Counted from the first letter of the stretch, positions 1 to 11,002 are shown. The stretch: DNA of 32,000 bases from Mycoplasmoides pneumoniae FH (GCF_001272835.1 NZ_CP010546.1:182809-214808); one strand, 5' to 3'. Numbers and translations: made by a program. The notes: generated by a model not told the origin, from the sequence alone.

Positions 1-533
1 CCCCCGGCCCTGAGCGGCCTTTCGTGGCAGTTGGGTCAACCGGTTGGGCCGCGTGGAGAGTGTGTGGGATTTGAAGGGGGTGTGGGCGGATCAAGCTCAG
101 TCCGACTCGCAAGGATCTACCACCACCGCAACAAGGGACGCCTTACCGGAGCACCCGAATGCTTTGGCCTTTCAGGTGAGTGTGGTGGAAGCGAGTGCTT
201 ACAAGCCAAACACGAGCTCCGGCCAAACCCAATCCACTAACAGTTCCCCCTACCTGCACTTGGTGAAGCCTAAGAAAGTTATCCAATCCGACAAGTTAGA
301 CGACGATCTTAAAAACCTGTTGGACCCCAACCAGGTTCGCACCAAGCTGCGCCAAAGCTTTGGTACAGACCATTCCACCCAGCCCCAGCCCCAATCGCTC
401 AAAACAACGACACCGGTATTTGGGACGAGTAGTGGTAACCTCAGTAGTGTGCTTAGTGGTGGGGGTGCTGGAGGGGGTTCTTCAGGCTCAGGTCAATCTG
501 GCGTGGATCTCTCCCCCGTTGAAAAAGTGAGTG
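1..533 (+). repeat. Part of the P1 gene that has a second copy in this window (RepMP2/3-type)
   Basis: Direct alignment with about 6807-7340: ggccctgagcggcctttcgtggcagttgggtcaaccgg..., and gttcgcaccaagctgcgc[c/t]aaagctttggtacagaccattccacccagcccc. Confidence 0.85.
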
Positions 534-1420
534 GGTGGCTTGTGGGGCAGTTACCAAGCACGAGTGACGGAAACACCTCCTCCACCAACAACCTCGCGCC
601 TAATACTAATACGGGGAATGATGTGGTGGGGGTTGGTCGACTTTCTGAAAGCAACGCCGCAAAGATGAACGACGATGTTGATGGTATTGTACGCACCCCA
701 CTCGCTGAACTGTTAGATGGGGAAGGACAAACAGCTGACACTGGTCCACAAAGCGTGAAGTTCAAGTCTCCTGACCAAATTGACTTCAACCGCTTGTTTA
801 CCCACCCAGTCACCGATCTGTTTGATCCGGTAACTATGTTGGTGTATGACCAGTACATACCGCTGTTTATTGATATCCCAGCAAGTGTGAACCCTAAAAT
901 GGTTCGTTTAAAGGTCTTGAGCTTTGACACCAACGAACAGAGCTTAGGTCTCCGCTTAGAGTTCTTTAAACCTGATCAAGATACCCAACCAAACAACAAC
1001 GTTCAGGTCAATCCGAATAACGGTGACTTCTTACCACTGTTAACGGCCTCCAGTCAAGGTCCCCAAACCTTGTTTAGTCCGTTTAACCAGTGACCTGATT
1101 ACGTGTTGCCGTTAGCGATCACTGTACCTATTGTTGTGATTGTGCTCAGTGTTACCTTAGGACTTGCCATTGGAATCCCAATGCACAAGAACAAACAGGC
1201 CTTGAAGGCTGGGTTTGCGCTATCAAACCAAAAGGTTGATGTGTTGACCAAAGCGGTTGGTAGTGTCTTTAAGGAAATCATTAACCGCACAGGTATCAGT
1301 CAAGCGCCAAAACGCTTGAAACAAACCAGTGCGGCTAAACCAGGAGCACCCCGCCCACCAGTACCACCAAAGCCAGGGGCTCCTAAGCCACCAGTGCAAC
1401 CACCTAAAAAACCCGCTTAG
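2..1420 (+). CDS. mgpA: Adhesin P1, C-terminal part (5'-truncated by window edge)
   Basis: Frame 2 is open from base 2 with TGA read as Trp (ORF pieces 44..1093 and 1103..1420) and ends at TAG 1418-1420. It encodes the recognisable P1 C-terminus: ...[41 protein letters not shown], one TM segment, and the Pro-rich tail [27 protein letters not shown]. Confidence 0.97.
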
Positions 1421-1425
1421 TATTT

Positions 1426-4400
1426 ATGAAATCGAAGCTAAAGTTAAAACGTTATTTACTGTTTTTACCACTTTTACCGCTAGGGACGTTGTCACTAGCC
1501 AACACCTACCTCCTCCAAGACCACAACACCCTCACCCCCTACACGCCCTTTACGACACCGCTCAATGGGGGGCTGGATGTCGTGCGCGCCGCCCATTTAC
1601 ACCCCTCATTCGAACTCGTGGACTGAAAGCGGGTGGGGGATACCAAGTTGGTGGCGCTGGTCCGCTCAGCGTTGGTCAGGGTGAAATTCCAGGACACAAC
1701 GAGTTCGGATCAAAGTAATACCAACCAAAATGCCTTGAGTTTTGATACCCAAGAATCACAGAAGGCACTTAATGGCTCGCAGAGTGGATCTTCTGACACT
1801 TCCGGGTCTAACTCCCAAGACTTCGCCAGCTATGTCCTCATCTTTAAAGCCGCGCCCAGGGCCACGTGGGTGTTTGAACGCAAGATTAAGTTGGCGTTGC
1901 CCTACGTTAAGCAGGAAAGTCAGGGTTCCGACGATCAAGGTTCCAATGGTAAGGGCTCCCTCTACAAAACCCTCCAAGACCTCCTCGTCGAACAACCCGT
2001 GACCCCTTACACCCCGAATGCGGGGTTAGCCCGGGTGAATGGGGTTGCTCAGGATACGGTTCATTTTGGTTCGGATCAAGAATCGAGTTGGAATTCCCAA
2101 CGTTCCCAAAAAGGCCTTAAAAACAACCCCGGACCCAAAGCCGTCACCGGCTTTAAGCTCGATAAGGGCCGCGCGTACCGGAAGCTGAATGAAAGTTGAC
2201 CGGTGTATGAACCCCTGGATTCGACGAAGAATGGCAAGGGGAAGGATAAAGATGGGTGAACCACTTCCGGGGCGAGTGAGGCCAAAGGAGATGCCCCGTT
2301 GGTGAGCTCAACCGAGAGTCAAATGGCTGCAGTCACAGACAGTCAGCAATCAGGTCATAACAGTGGATTGGTATCGCTTGCCCAGCGCTCCACTACTGTT
2401 GCTGTCCAAAAAAGTGACTCTTCTGGTTCTCAAGGCCAAGGCACAACCGACAACAAATTCCAAAAATATTTAAACACCGCCCAGGCCTTGCACCAGATGG
2501 GGGTGATAGTGCCATCTTTGGAAACGTGACCTGGTAAACCAAGTACTGGAATCGCTACCCGTGCTGGTGGTGGTGTTTCAGTCCAAGCAGCGACCCGGCA
2601 ATCGTCTTCTACAAATGAAGATCTGCCGAATGTAATAACACAGTTATACCACACCTCCACGTCCCAACTCGCTTACTTAAATGGCCAGATCGTTGTGATG
2701 GGTTCAAACGCGGTACCGAGTTTGTGGTATTGGGTCGTGGATGAGCGAACCACGTCCGGGAGGGCGACTTGATGAGCCCACACCGAGTTGAACTGGGGCA
2801 CCGACAAGCAGAAGCAGTTTGTGGAGAATCAGCTTGGTTTTAAAGATGACTCAAATTCTTCCTTGACAAACTTCAAGAGTCAAGGCTTAACTCAGCCAGC
2901 TTACCTCATCGCCGGCCTTGACGTTGTCCAAGACCACCTCGTCTTTGCGGCCTTCAAAGCGGGCGCGGTGGGGTATGATATGACGACTGATTCGAACGCT
3001 TCCACCAAAGACCAAGCGCTCGCCTGGTCGACCACGGCCGGGTTGGACAGTGATGGGGGGTACAAGGCCTTGGTGGAAAACACGGCCGGGCTCAACGGCC
3101 CGATTAATGGCTTGTTTACCCTGCTCGACACCTTTGCGTATGTGACCCCCGTGAGTGGGATGAAAGGGGGGAGTCAGAATAATGAAGAAGTGCAAACGAC
3201 TTACCCGGTCAAGTCCGACCAAAAGGCCACCGCCAAAATTGCCTCCTTAATTAATGCCAGCCCACTCAACAGTTATGGGGATGATGGGGTGACCGTGTTT
3301 GATGCCCTGGGCCTTAACTTTAACTTTAAGTTGAACGAGGAGCGCTTGCCATCGCGCACCGACCAACTGCTTGTGTATGGGATTGTAAACGAAAGTGAAC
3401 TGAAGTCCGCACGGGAAAATGCCCAGTCGACCTCCGATGATAATTCAAACACCAAAGTCAAGTGAACCAACACCGCCTCGCACTACCTCCCCGTGCCGTA
3501 TTACTACAGTGCCAATTTCCCCGAAGCGGGTAACAGAAGGCGAGCGGAGCAGCGGAATGGGGTGAAGATTAGCACCTTGGAATCGCAAGCCACTGATGGC
3601 TTTGCCAACTCGTTACTTAACTTTGGTACCGGTCTTAAAGCCGGTGTTGACCCAGCTCCAGTAGCACGGGGTCATAAACCGAACTATAGTGCAGTACTAC
3701 TAGTGCGTGGTGGCGTTGTAAGGTTAAACTTTAACCCCGATACTGATAAACTGTTGGATTCTACTGACAAAAACAGTGAACCTATCTCCTTCTCCTATAC
3801 CCCATTTGGGTCTGCTGAAAGTGCCGTAGACCTCACCACGTTGAAGGATGTGACCTATATTGCTGAAAGTGGTCTGTGGTTCTATACCTTTGACAATGGT
3901 GAAAAACCAACGTACGATGGTAAACAACAACAGGTCAAAAACCGCAAGGGTTATGCTGTGATTACCGTATCACGTACCGGAATTGAATTTAACGAGGACG
4001 CTAATACCACAACCTTAAGCCAAGCCCCAGCTGCTTTGGCTGTCCAAAACGGGATTGCTTCCAGTCAGGACGACCTCACAGGCATCCTACCGTTATCCGA
4101 TGAGTTCTCCGCTGTGATTACCAAGGATCAAACATGGACCGGTAAGGTTGATATCTATAAGAACACCAACGGGTTGTTTGAAAAGGATGATCAGCTATCG
4201 GAAAACGTGAAGAGGCGTGACAACGGTTTGGTCCCTATTTACAACGAAGGTATCGTCGATATTTGGGGCAGAGTGGATTTTGCTGCCAACAGTGTTTTGC
4301 AAGCGCGTAACCTCACTGATAAAACGGTTGATGAGGTGATCAATAACCCCGATATCCTCCAAAGCTTCTTTAAGTTTACCCCAGCCTTTGATAACCAAAG

Positions 4401-4881
4401 AGCAATGCTAGTGGGGGAAAAGACATCGGATACTACCTTAACGGTTAAACCGAAGATTGAGTACTTGGATGGTAACTTCTATGGTGAGGATTCCAAGATT
4501 GCTGGAATTCCGCTCAACATTGATTTCCCTTCCCGGATTTTTGCTGGCTTTGCTGCTTTACCGTCCTGGGTCATTCCGGTATCAGTCGGTTCATCGGTGG
4601 GCATTCTCTTAATCCTGCTCATCTTAGGCCTTGGTATTGGAATTCCAATGTATAAGGTCCGCAAGCTTCAAGACTCCAGCTTTGTTGATGTGTTTAAAAA
4701 GGTGGATACGTTGACAACCGCTGTGGGTAGCGTGTACAAGAAGATTATCACCCAAACGAGTGTGATCAAAAAAGCTCCTAGTGCGTTGAAAGCTGCTAAT
4801 AACGCTGCTCCTAAAGCACCAGTTAAACCAGCTGCTCCAACAGCTCCAAGACCACCAGTCCAACCACCTAAAAAGGCTTAA
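1426..4881 (+). CDS. mgpC: ORF6 cytadherence protein (P40/P90 precursor), downstream of P1
   Basis: ATG 1426 to TAA 4879-4881, all ORF pieces in frame 1 joined by TGA=Trp. It starts 5 nt after the P1 stop. N-terminus MKSKLKLKRYLLFLPLLPLGTLSLA is signal-like; the C-terminal TM segment is followed by [15 protein letters not shown]. 1151 aa when read with code 4. Confidence 0.96.
1600..3284 (+). repeat. ORF6 segment with a second copy at 12377-14060 (RepMP5-type)
   Basis: Long near-identical alignment from cccctcatwcgaactcgtggactgaaagcggg to ccactcaacagttatggggat. Confidence 0.9.
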
Positions 4882-4903
4882 CGATTAAGCCCCAACAGAA
4901 AGA

Positions 4904-4936
4904 AGCACAACTGTAAAAAGGTTGTGTTTTTTTTCA
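4904..4936 (+). terminator. Rho-independent-like terminator after ORF6
   Basis: cacaac-tgtaaaaag-gttgtg followed by an uninterrupted T run. Confidence 0.6.
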
Positions 4937-4997
4937 TATTTACAACTTTTTGCTTTTTTGTTGGCACATTACCTTCCTAGTGCAATTTAGAAGGTGT

Positions 4998-5525
4998 ATG
5001 AGTCATAAAGATTTTAATGGGCTTCAAGCCCCTCAGTTGTTAAGTTCGAGTTCCCCTGTTGCAAAGAAACAAAGTAGTCATAAACTCAGGCATGCCTTAA
5101 AGCACGCCCGTTACTTAAACCATAGTAGTAAGCGTACCCTCAAGCATGCCTTAGAGCTGCATGAAGACAACCAGGTCTTACTGGAAAAAGAAGGTAGTCC
5201 TAACTTCCAGGACTGGCTTTCTAAGCAACCTGGCGTCAATAAAACCAGCCTTAAGTACAACAAAAGCTTGGGTAGTTGAATCTCTAAGGAAAGTAAACCG
5301 AAAAAGCGTTTTCAACCGTACTTTACGTACAAGGACAGTAAAACTACTCCAGAAGAGGCCAAAGCCTTGCAGCAAATGAAACAATCCCAAAAGCGCTTCT
5401 TTCACGAAAATATGCACAGCTTTCTCAATGAAGTTGCACATAACCCAATGATCCAGCGCTTTAATCAAAAGCAGGCCAAACGGGCTGCTAATACGCGACA
5501 ACGCACTTACAAATACCGTCAGTAA
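4998..5525 (+). CDS. Hypothetical Lys/Arg-rich protein (about 175 aa)
   Basis: ATG 4998 (MSHKDFNGLQAPQLLSSSSPVAKKQ...) through one TGA=Trp (5277-5279) to TAA 5523-5525; very basic C-terminus ...RFNQKQAKRAANTRQRTYKYRQ. Confidence 0.6.
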
Positions 5526-5527
5526 CA

Positions 5528-5668
5528 ATGCACAAGATTAAACACTATAAACCCTTAAAGCGCAAGACCTGGTTAAACAAGGTTTCCAAGCAACGCCGCG
5601 AGCGCATGTCCGCTAAGTGCTATCAACCACCTAAGAGAGAAGTGATGCAGCCAACTTGAAAGAGTTAG
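5528..5668 (+). CDS. Possible 46-aa very basic small protein
   Basis: MHKIKHYKPLKRKTWLNKVSKQRRERMSAKCYQPPKREVMQPTWKS, beginning 3 nt after the previous stop; no obvious SD. Confidence 0.25.
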
Positions 5669-5669
5669 C

Positions 5670-7341
5670 ACCACCTGATCCCACTTCTCCCCCACGCTTT
5701 CCCGTTTCTCCACCGGGTTCAACCTTGTGGGGTCTGTTCTGGACCAGGTGTTGGATTATATTCCCTGGATTGGGAATGGGTACAGGTATGGGAATAACCA
5801 CCGGGGCGTGGATGATATAACCGCGCCTCAAACCAGCGCGGGGTCGTCCAGCGGAACTAGTACGAACACAAGTGGTTCGCGTTCCTTTTTCCCGACGTTT
5901 TCCAACATCGGCGTTGGCCTCAAAGCGAATGTCCAAGCCACCCTCGGGGGCAGTCAGACGACGACTGTGGGCGGTTCGCCTTGAAGAACCCTCGACCAAG
6001 CCAACCTCCAGCTCTGAACGGGGGCGGGGTGAAGGAATGATAAGGCTTCAAGTGGACAAAGTGACGAAAACCACACCACCTTTAAAAGCGCTACGGGGAT
6101 GGGCCAGCAGGGACAATCAGGTACCTCCGCGGGGAATCCAGACTCGTTAAAGCAGGATAAGATTAGTAAGAGTGGGGATAGTTTAACCACGCAGGACGGC
6201 AATGCGACCGGTCAACAAGAGGCCACCAACTACACCAACCTCCCCCCCAACCTCACCCCCACCGCTGATTGACCGAACGCGCTGTCATTCACCAACAAGA
6301 ACAACGCGCATCGCGCCCAGCTCTTCCTTCGCGGCTTGTTGGGCAGCATCCCGGTGTTGGTGAATCGAAGTGGGTCCGATTCCAACAAATTCCAAGCCAC
6401 CGACCAAAAATGGTCCTACACCGACTTACAGTCGGACCAAACCAAACTGAACCTCCCCGCTTACGGTGAGGTGAATGGGTTGTTGAATCCGGCGTTGGTG
6501 GAAACCTATTTTGGGAACACGCGAGCGGGTGGTTCGGGGTCCAACACGACCAGTTCACCCGGTATCGGTTTTAAAATTCCCGAACAAAATAATGATTCCA
6601 AAGCCACCCTGATCACCCCCGGGTTGGCTTGAACGCCCCAGGACGTCGGTAACCTCGTTGTCAGTGGTACCAGCTTGAGCTTCCAGCTCGGCGGGTGGCT
6701 GGTCAGCTTCACGGACTTTATCAAACCCCGCGCGGGTTATTTGGGCCTCCAGTTAAGTGGCCTGGATGCCAGTGACAGCGACCAAAGGGAGTTAATTTGG
6801 GCCAAGCGGCCCTGAGCGGCCTTTCGTGGCAGTTGGGTCAACCGGCTGGGCCGCGTGGAGAGTGTGTGGGATTTAAAGGGGGTGTGGGCGGATCAAGCTC
6901 AGTTGGCCGCGCAAGCAGCTACAAGTGAAGCTTCCGGGTCAGCTTTGGCACCGCACCCGAATGCTTTGGCGTTTCAGATGAGTGTGGTGGAAGCGAGTGC
7001 TTACAGCTCTTCAACCTCAAGTTCGGGTTCCGGGTCAAGTTCAAACACCTCCCCCTACCTCCATTTGATTAAACCTAAGAAAGTCGAAAGCACGACCCAA
7101 CTCGACCAGGGCTTAAAAAACCTGTTGGACCCCAACCAGGTTCGCACCAAGCTGCGCTAAAGCTTTGGTACAGACCATTCCACCCAGCCCCAGCCCCAAT
7201 CGCTCAAAACAACGACACCGGTATTTGGGACGAGTAGTGGTAACATTGGCAGTGTGCTTAGTGGTGGGGGTGCTGGAGGGGGTTCTTCAGGCTCAGATCA
7301 ATCTGGTGTGGACCTCTCCCCCGTTGAACGGGTGAGTGGTC
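5670..7341 (+). repeat. RepMP2/3-like silent copy of the P1 gene
   Basis: Encodes P1-like sequence ([42 protein letters not shown]..., [34 protein letters not shown]...). Its last ~530 bp align with window 1-533. The right end is abrupt at gtgagtgg|tcactaactattaatagg; the left boundary is approximate. Confidence 0.9.
5727..7160 (+). pseudogene. P1-derived fragment, open in code 4 from GTG 5727 to TAA 7158-7160
   Basis: ORF pieces 5727..5984, 6336..6632 and 6855..7160 share one frame with no TAA/TAG between them. The terminal TAA corresponds to CAA (Gln) in the expressed P1 gene (ctgcgcTAAagc vs ctgcgcCAAagc). No visible promoter or signal peptide. Confidence 0.7.
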
Positions 7342-7343
7342 AC

Positions 7344-7420
7344 TAACTATTAATAGGAACTTTTCTTATTAATAGGAACTTTTACTTTCAAAAAAGTTTT
7401 GAAGTTATTTTGGTGTCTTT
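7344..7420 (+). repeat. Leader repeat, copy A
   Basis: taactattaataggaactttt...ctttcaaaaaagttttgaagttattttggtgtctttac[c/t]aactttaagcaatttag also occurs at about 14311-14390. Copy A has ttattaataggaactttt in tandem. Confidence 0.85.
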
Positions 7421-7655
7421 ACCAACTTTAAGCAATTTAGTGAACGAATACCCAAAAAGTATGAAATTAGTTAAATTAGCGAGGCTTCACCTCTTTTTAA
7501 AACAAGTTCAATTGCAACTTGTTCCTTTGTTTAGCCAAAACTTTTTGCAATTTTGTTGGCAGCTTTAAATAAACCGATCAATTTATTTAGCAATGACACA
7601 AAAATTAATATGTTGAATTTTTTAAATGAATCAACAATGGTATTGATCCCCGTTG

Positions 7656-7668
7656 GCAGCAGTGCTGC
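7656..7668 (+). promoter_or_regulatory. Triloop hairpin in 5' leader of a DUF16 gene (covaries with 12012-12024)
   Basis: GCAGC-AGT-GCTGC inside gatcccYgttggca..tgcaagtRttagtta, 34 nt upstream of the SD. Confidence 0.4.
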
Positions 7669-7716
7669 AAGTATTAGTTACTTTCCAAACCTTACAAAGA
7701 AAGGAGGTGATTTTTA

Positions 7717-8256
7717 ATGTCTTACTCACCTTCACTTAAGGAAATTATTGCTATTTTGCAAAAATACACTTCGAAAAACTACCAGTCAAATTGCAAAACT
7801 AGACCCGATGGTAAGCTTGAATTATCATTAAATGGAGTTTTTGAAGAAATCGTGAAAACACCCGGTAAAACTAGGTACGTAACCCATAAACAGCTTGATC
7901 AGAAATTAAAAGATTTCAAGCAAGATCTGATGGTTGAGTTGCACGACACGTTTGCTACTAAAACTGATCTTAAAGAATCGGAAGCACGCATTAACCAAAA
8001 GTTAGAAGCACTAATTCAAATTGTTATGGTTCAGGGTGAGCAGATAAAAGTTCACGGCGAGCAAATTAACAAACTGACTCAAACTGTTGAAAAACAGGGC
8101 GAGAAAATTGAAGCTCAAGGACAACAAATTCAAAAAGTTAATGAAACTTTGAATTTTGTAGTTGAAAGCCTTGGATCTATCCACAAAAGACTCGATTCAA
8201 TGGAAGGCCGCTTGGACTCAATGGAAAACCGTCTTGACAAACTAGAGTCCAAGTAG
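7717..8256 (+). CDS. DUF16/UPF0134-family coiled-coil protein
   Basis: Strong SD aaaggaggtgatttttaATG. Central YVTHKQLDQKLKDFKQ and C-terminal heptads (RLDSMEGRLDSMENRLDKLESK) typical of the multicopy M. pneumoniae family. Confidence 0.88.
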   Translation: MSYSPSLKEIIAILQKYTSKNYQSNCKTRPDGKLELSLNGVFEEIVKTPGKTRYVTHKQLDQKLKDFKQDLMVELHDTFATKTDLKESEARINQKLEALIQIVMVQGEQIKVHGEQINKLTQTVEKQGEKIEAQGQQIQKVNETLNFVVESLGSIHKRLDSMEGRLDSMENRLDKLESK

Positions 8257-8266
8257 TTCTAATGGA

Positions 8267-8320
8267 AATAAAAATTCGAGCAGTTATTCTTAGAGATTAG
8301 TTGCTGGTATTTTTATTCAC
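8267..8320 (+). terminator. Terminator after DUF16 gene
   Basis: Imperfect inverted repeat aataaaaattcgagcag ... ttgctggtatttttatt; same type as those at 12327 and 15044. Confidence 0.5.
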
Positions 8321-8495
8321 TTTGAAGAGAAAAATCATTTGTTTAAACTCAAAAAGGTCAATAATTTTTAAAAAATGCTGAGGTACAACCACCTTTTAAA
8401 AATTCCTTAGATATAAATCGCTAAACTATCTTTATTTATTTTGTATGTGCCAAATTATTTTTGACACATCAAATCAAATATTATTTTTTATCATT

Positions 8496-8512
8496 CCCCT
8501 AAATTTCAGGGG
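8496..8512 (+). promoter_or_regulatory. Small hairpin occluding an SD-like AGGGG before the lipoprotein start
   Basis: CCCCT-aaatttc-AGGGG, ending 9 nt before ATG 8522. Confidence 0.35.
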
Positions 8513-8521
8513 TATTTGAGT

Positions 8522-9373
8522 ATGCGATTTAAATATGGTGCAGTTGCTTTTAGTGGCTTTTTAGGTCTAGCAGTGATGTTGGCTAGTTGTGGTGCTAAAG
8601 GGCGTTTTGACCAGGTTGATGATGGCAAAATTAAGCTAGCTTCTTCACTTACCGGTAAGCGCGATGTGATACTGAAAGAAGTGCTCAACAAATATAACAG
8701 TCGCAAAGCCAAGGACGATTATCCGATTGAAATAACCAAAATAGCCGGTAGCTATGATGGTGGTCGATCTGATCTGCAAACGCGGTTGAGTGTCAAGGAT
8801 AAAACAACCTTTTACAACATGATCTTGAATTATTCTGACACCATTTCTACTTTAGGTCGCAGTAACATGGAACTACCATTAGATAGCGTTGACGTATCAC
8901 AGTTTTCAGAAAACTTCTTGAGCTTTAATGACCGCATAAGTGGTATTTCCAGAAAAGGCATTTACGGCATTCCGGTATCAATGTCAACTGATATCCTAGT
9001 AATCAACGGGCCGGTATTGCACTATATTTTGAATAGTGCAAAAAAGAAAGATGGTGCAGTAACTAAGAAAAACGCAAGTAATTCCAATGGTAACGAAGGA
9101 ACGTTAACAGTAAATAACGATCAACAAACCACTGAACTATGAAAAAAGATTGAAGAAGCCGCTAAAACTAACGGTAAAACTACCCAAGAACAAACAAAAA
9201 GAGATGCAAAACAAAGTACATCCTTAATCCAACTAAAAGAAGGATCTGCAAATACAACCGAAGGCAATGCTTCAGAAAGTGATAAAGAAATCAAAAAATC
9301 TTGAGGCAATTACCAAGAAGTAGATGGTGGTCTTAAGGGCTATACCTTCAAAGCAAGCGTCTTTGAAAACTAA
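8522..9373 (+). CDS. Lipoprotein, MG185/MG260-type family, N-terminal fragment
   Basis: Lipobox LAVMLASC. Paralogous to the N-terminal part of 15317-17791 ([49 protein letters not shown]). Reads through TGA codons to TAA 9371-9373. Confidence 0.8.
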
Positions 9374-9379
9374 AGTGAA

Positions 9380-10837
9380 ATGGTTGATTTTGCCACTAGG
9401 GTAGCGAAATCATTTAAGGATAAAGTTAGTGGTATCGATAATAAAAAAGGCACTGACATCCAAGGTGTTTTAGGTCTAGACAGTACACCAAACGTTTTGT
9501 TCGCTTCAGTATTTGCAGCTGGTGGTGGTAGCTATGACAACTTCTTTTACAAGGTAGAAAATGGCCGGGCTGATTTCCGTAATTTTGCAAATAAAGGTAC
9601 TTCTTACAAAAACTTAGAGAAGGTTTACAACGATTACAAGAATTTAATCGGTAGCAACGGTCTTTTTGCTAGCAAAGATGGCTCTTACTCATCTAACTTT
9701 GAAAAGTTCCACCAGTTAGCTTTTTATGTAGGTTCTAGCTCTGGTTATAACTATGCTTTTGCTGATGAAACTGCTAAACGGTTAAAGTTTGGTGATAGTG
9801 CCATTGAGTATCCTAACGATACGCTTGAAATTAAGGTACCGACAAATAATAGTCAAAGTGGTGATGGGAATGGTGGCACCAATAACGACAATCTCTTAGG
9901 TACTTTTGACATTAGGGAAAAGAGTAACGGCAAAAAAGGTGAGAGCAACGGTAAACAAGGAAATGGTCAAGATAAAAAGACAATTTCGCTTTATAAAGAT
10001 TCGATTCCTAAAGAAAAAACTGAAGGCACTGATGCAATTCTAATTAGCGATAATCAACTCATTAATCAATTACAAACTGCCGCTAAAACTAGTAGTTCAC
10101 AAAATAAAGCTAACACTGCAGCTATAACTTTTAAGCAAAGCAATAAAAGTGAAACTGACCAAAGTACAACTAGTCAGTTTATCGGCTACACAACAACTGC
10201 TTCATTGAAAGCTGATAAGAAAAATATCTTTGATGTGAAGAAGCTAAATAACGAAAAGTCTGAGCGCAAAATCATTGTCGGTGCCACGGTGGAAACCTTA
10301 AATCAAGCAAACACATTGCAAGCTAATGAAGCCATTATTAAACCAGCACCTGGTAAGTACCAAAGTACTGATTCACACAAGGTCATGATTACTCAAGGCC
10401 CGAATATTGTCGGAATTCATGCCAACGAAAAAGAGGACAAAGAAACACAAAAGTTTATTAACTGATACCTCAATAAAGAAGAGAGTTGATCTGTGCAAAA
10501 CAGCGGTTCAACTACAACTAAAAAGCAAACTGCTGCTCAATATTTTGCCGAACAGTCCTCTTACATCACTCCTTTAAAAAATAACTTTAAAGCAGATCAA
10601 AGTGCAACAAAAGATAGCACTGTTAACACTAACTATTTCACTAAACAAACATTTGATCTCTTCAAAGAAGTTAATGATGGAAAAGTGCTTGGTTTTAATG
10701 ATCCAAGTGACTTTAGGAGTGGTAAGTTCCGCAATACTATTGGTTCTACTTTTAACGCAACCATCAGTTCTAAAGTTGACTTTAACAAGTTTTTTGAAAA
10801 CTTTAAAGCTTCTTTAGGGTCTGGTTTTGAGCGTTAA
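9380..10837 (+). CDS. Lipoprotein family C-terminal fragment, same frame as 8522-9373 after an in-frame TAA
   Basis: [58 protein letters not shown]... aligns with 16202 onward of the intact paralog. Continues through TGA codons at 10463 and 10484 to TAA 10835-10837. Confidence 0.75.
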
Positions 10838-10968
10838 TTTTAAAGAAAATTTTTCTTTTCAATTGCGCTTAATCTAAAGGGCAAAAGTAACAGCAGTTCA
10901 CTGCTAAGGTTGATTGTGTTAACCCGAAATTTCAATTAATTTCCTTTTCCTCAAAAGGTTTTCCAAAA

Positions 10969-11001
10969 AAAAAGTAAAATAGAAAAGCTATTTTCACTTT
11001 T
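10969..11001 (+). promoter_or_regulatory. Inverted repeat directly before a lipoprotein start codon
   Basis: aaagtaaaatag-aaaag-ctattttcacttt, adjoining ATG 11003; preceded by an A9 homopolymer. Confidence 0.35.
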
Positions 11002-11002
11002 G

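Noticed and set aside
493-933. Minus-strand ORFs of 60-146 aa inside P1, ORF6, nusA, infB and the 25463-26313 region
   Set aside because: They are antisense shadows of strongly coding plus-strand genes, lack RBS support, and have low-complexity translations mirroring the sense protein.
1426-4881. Many short, separate ORFs in the six-frame track, as if the region were decayed
   Set aside because: The breaks are TGA codons in a constant frame. With Mycoplasma code (UGA=Trp) ORF6 and the other housekeeping genes are intact.
4881-5700. tRNA or small stable RNA in the gap after ORF6
   Set aside because: No cloverleaf or GTTCRANYC-type motif with matching acceptor arms was found; the space is taken by a terminator and basic ORFs.
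5670-7341. A second functional adhesin gene
   Set aside because: No signal peptide, no 5' P1 part, abrupt ends, and a TAA where P1 has CAA. It fits a RepMP2/3 silent donor, a well-known M. pneumoniae element.
7344-7420. CRISPR-like or IS inverted repeat interpretation of the ttattaataggaactttt repeat
   Set aside because: Only two tandem units without spacers, no cas-like or transposase ORF nearby; better explained as leader repeat duplication.
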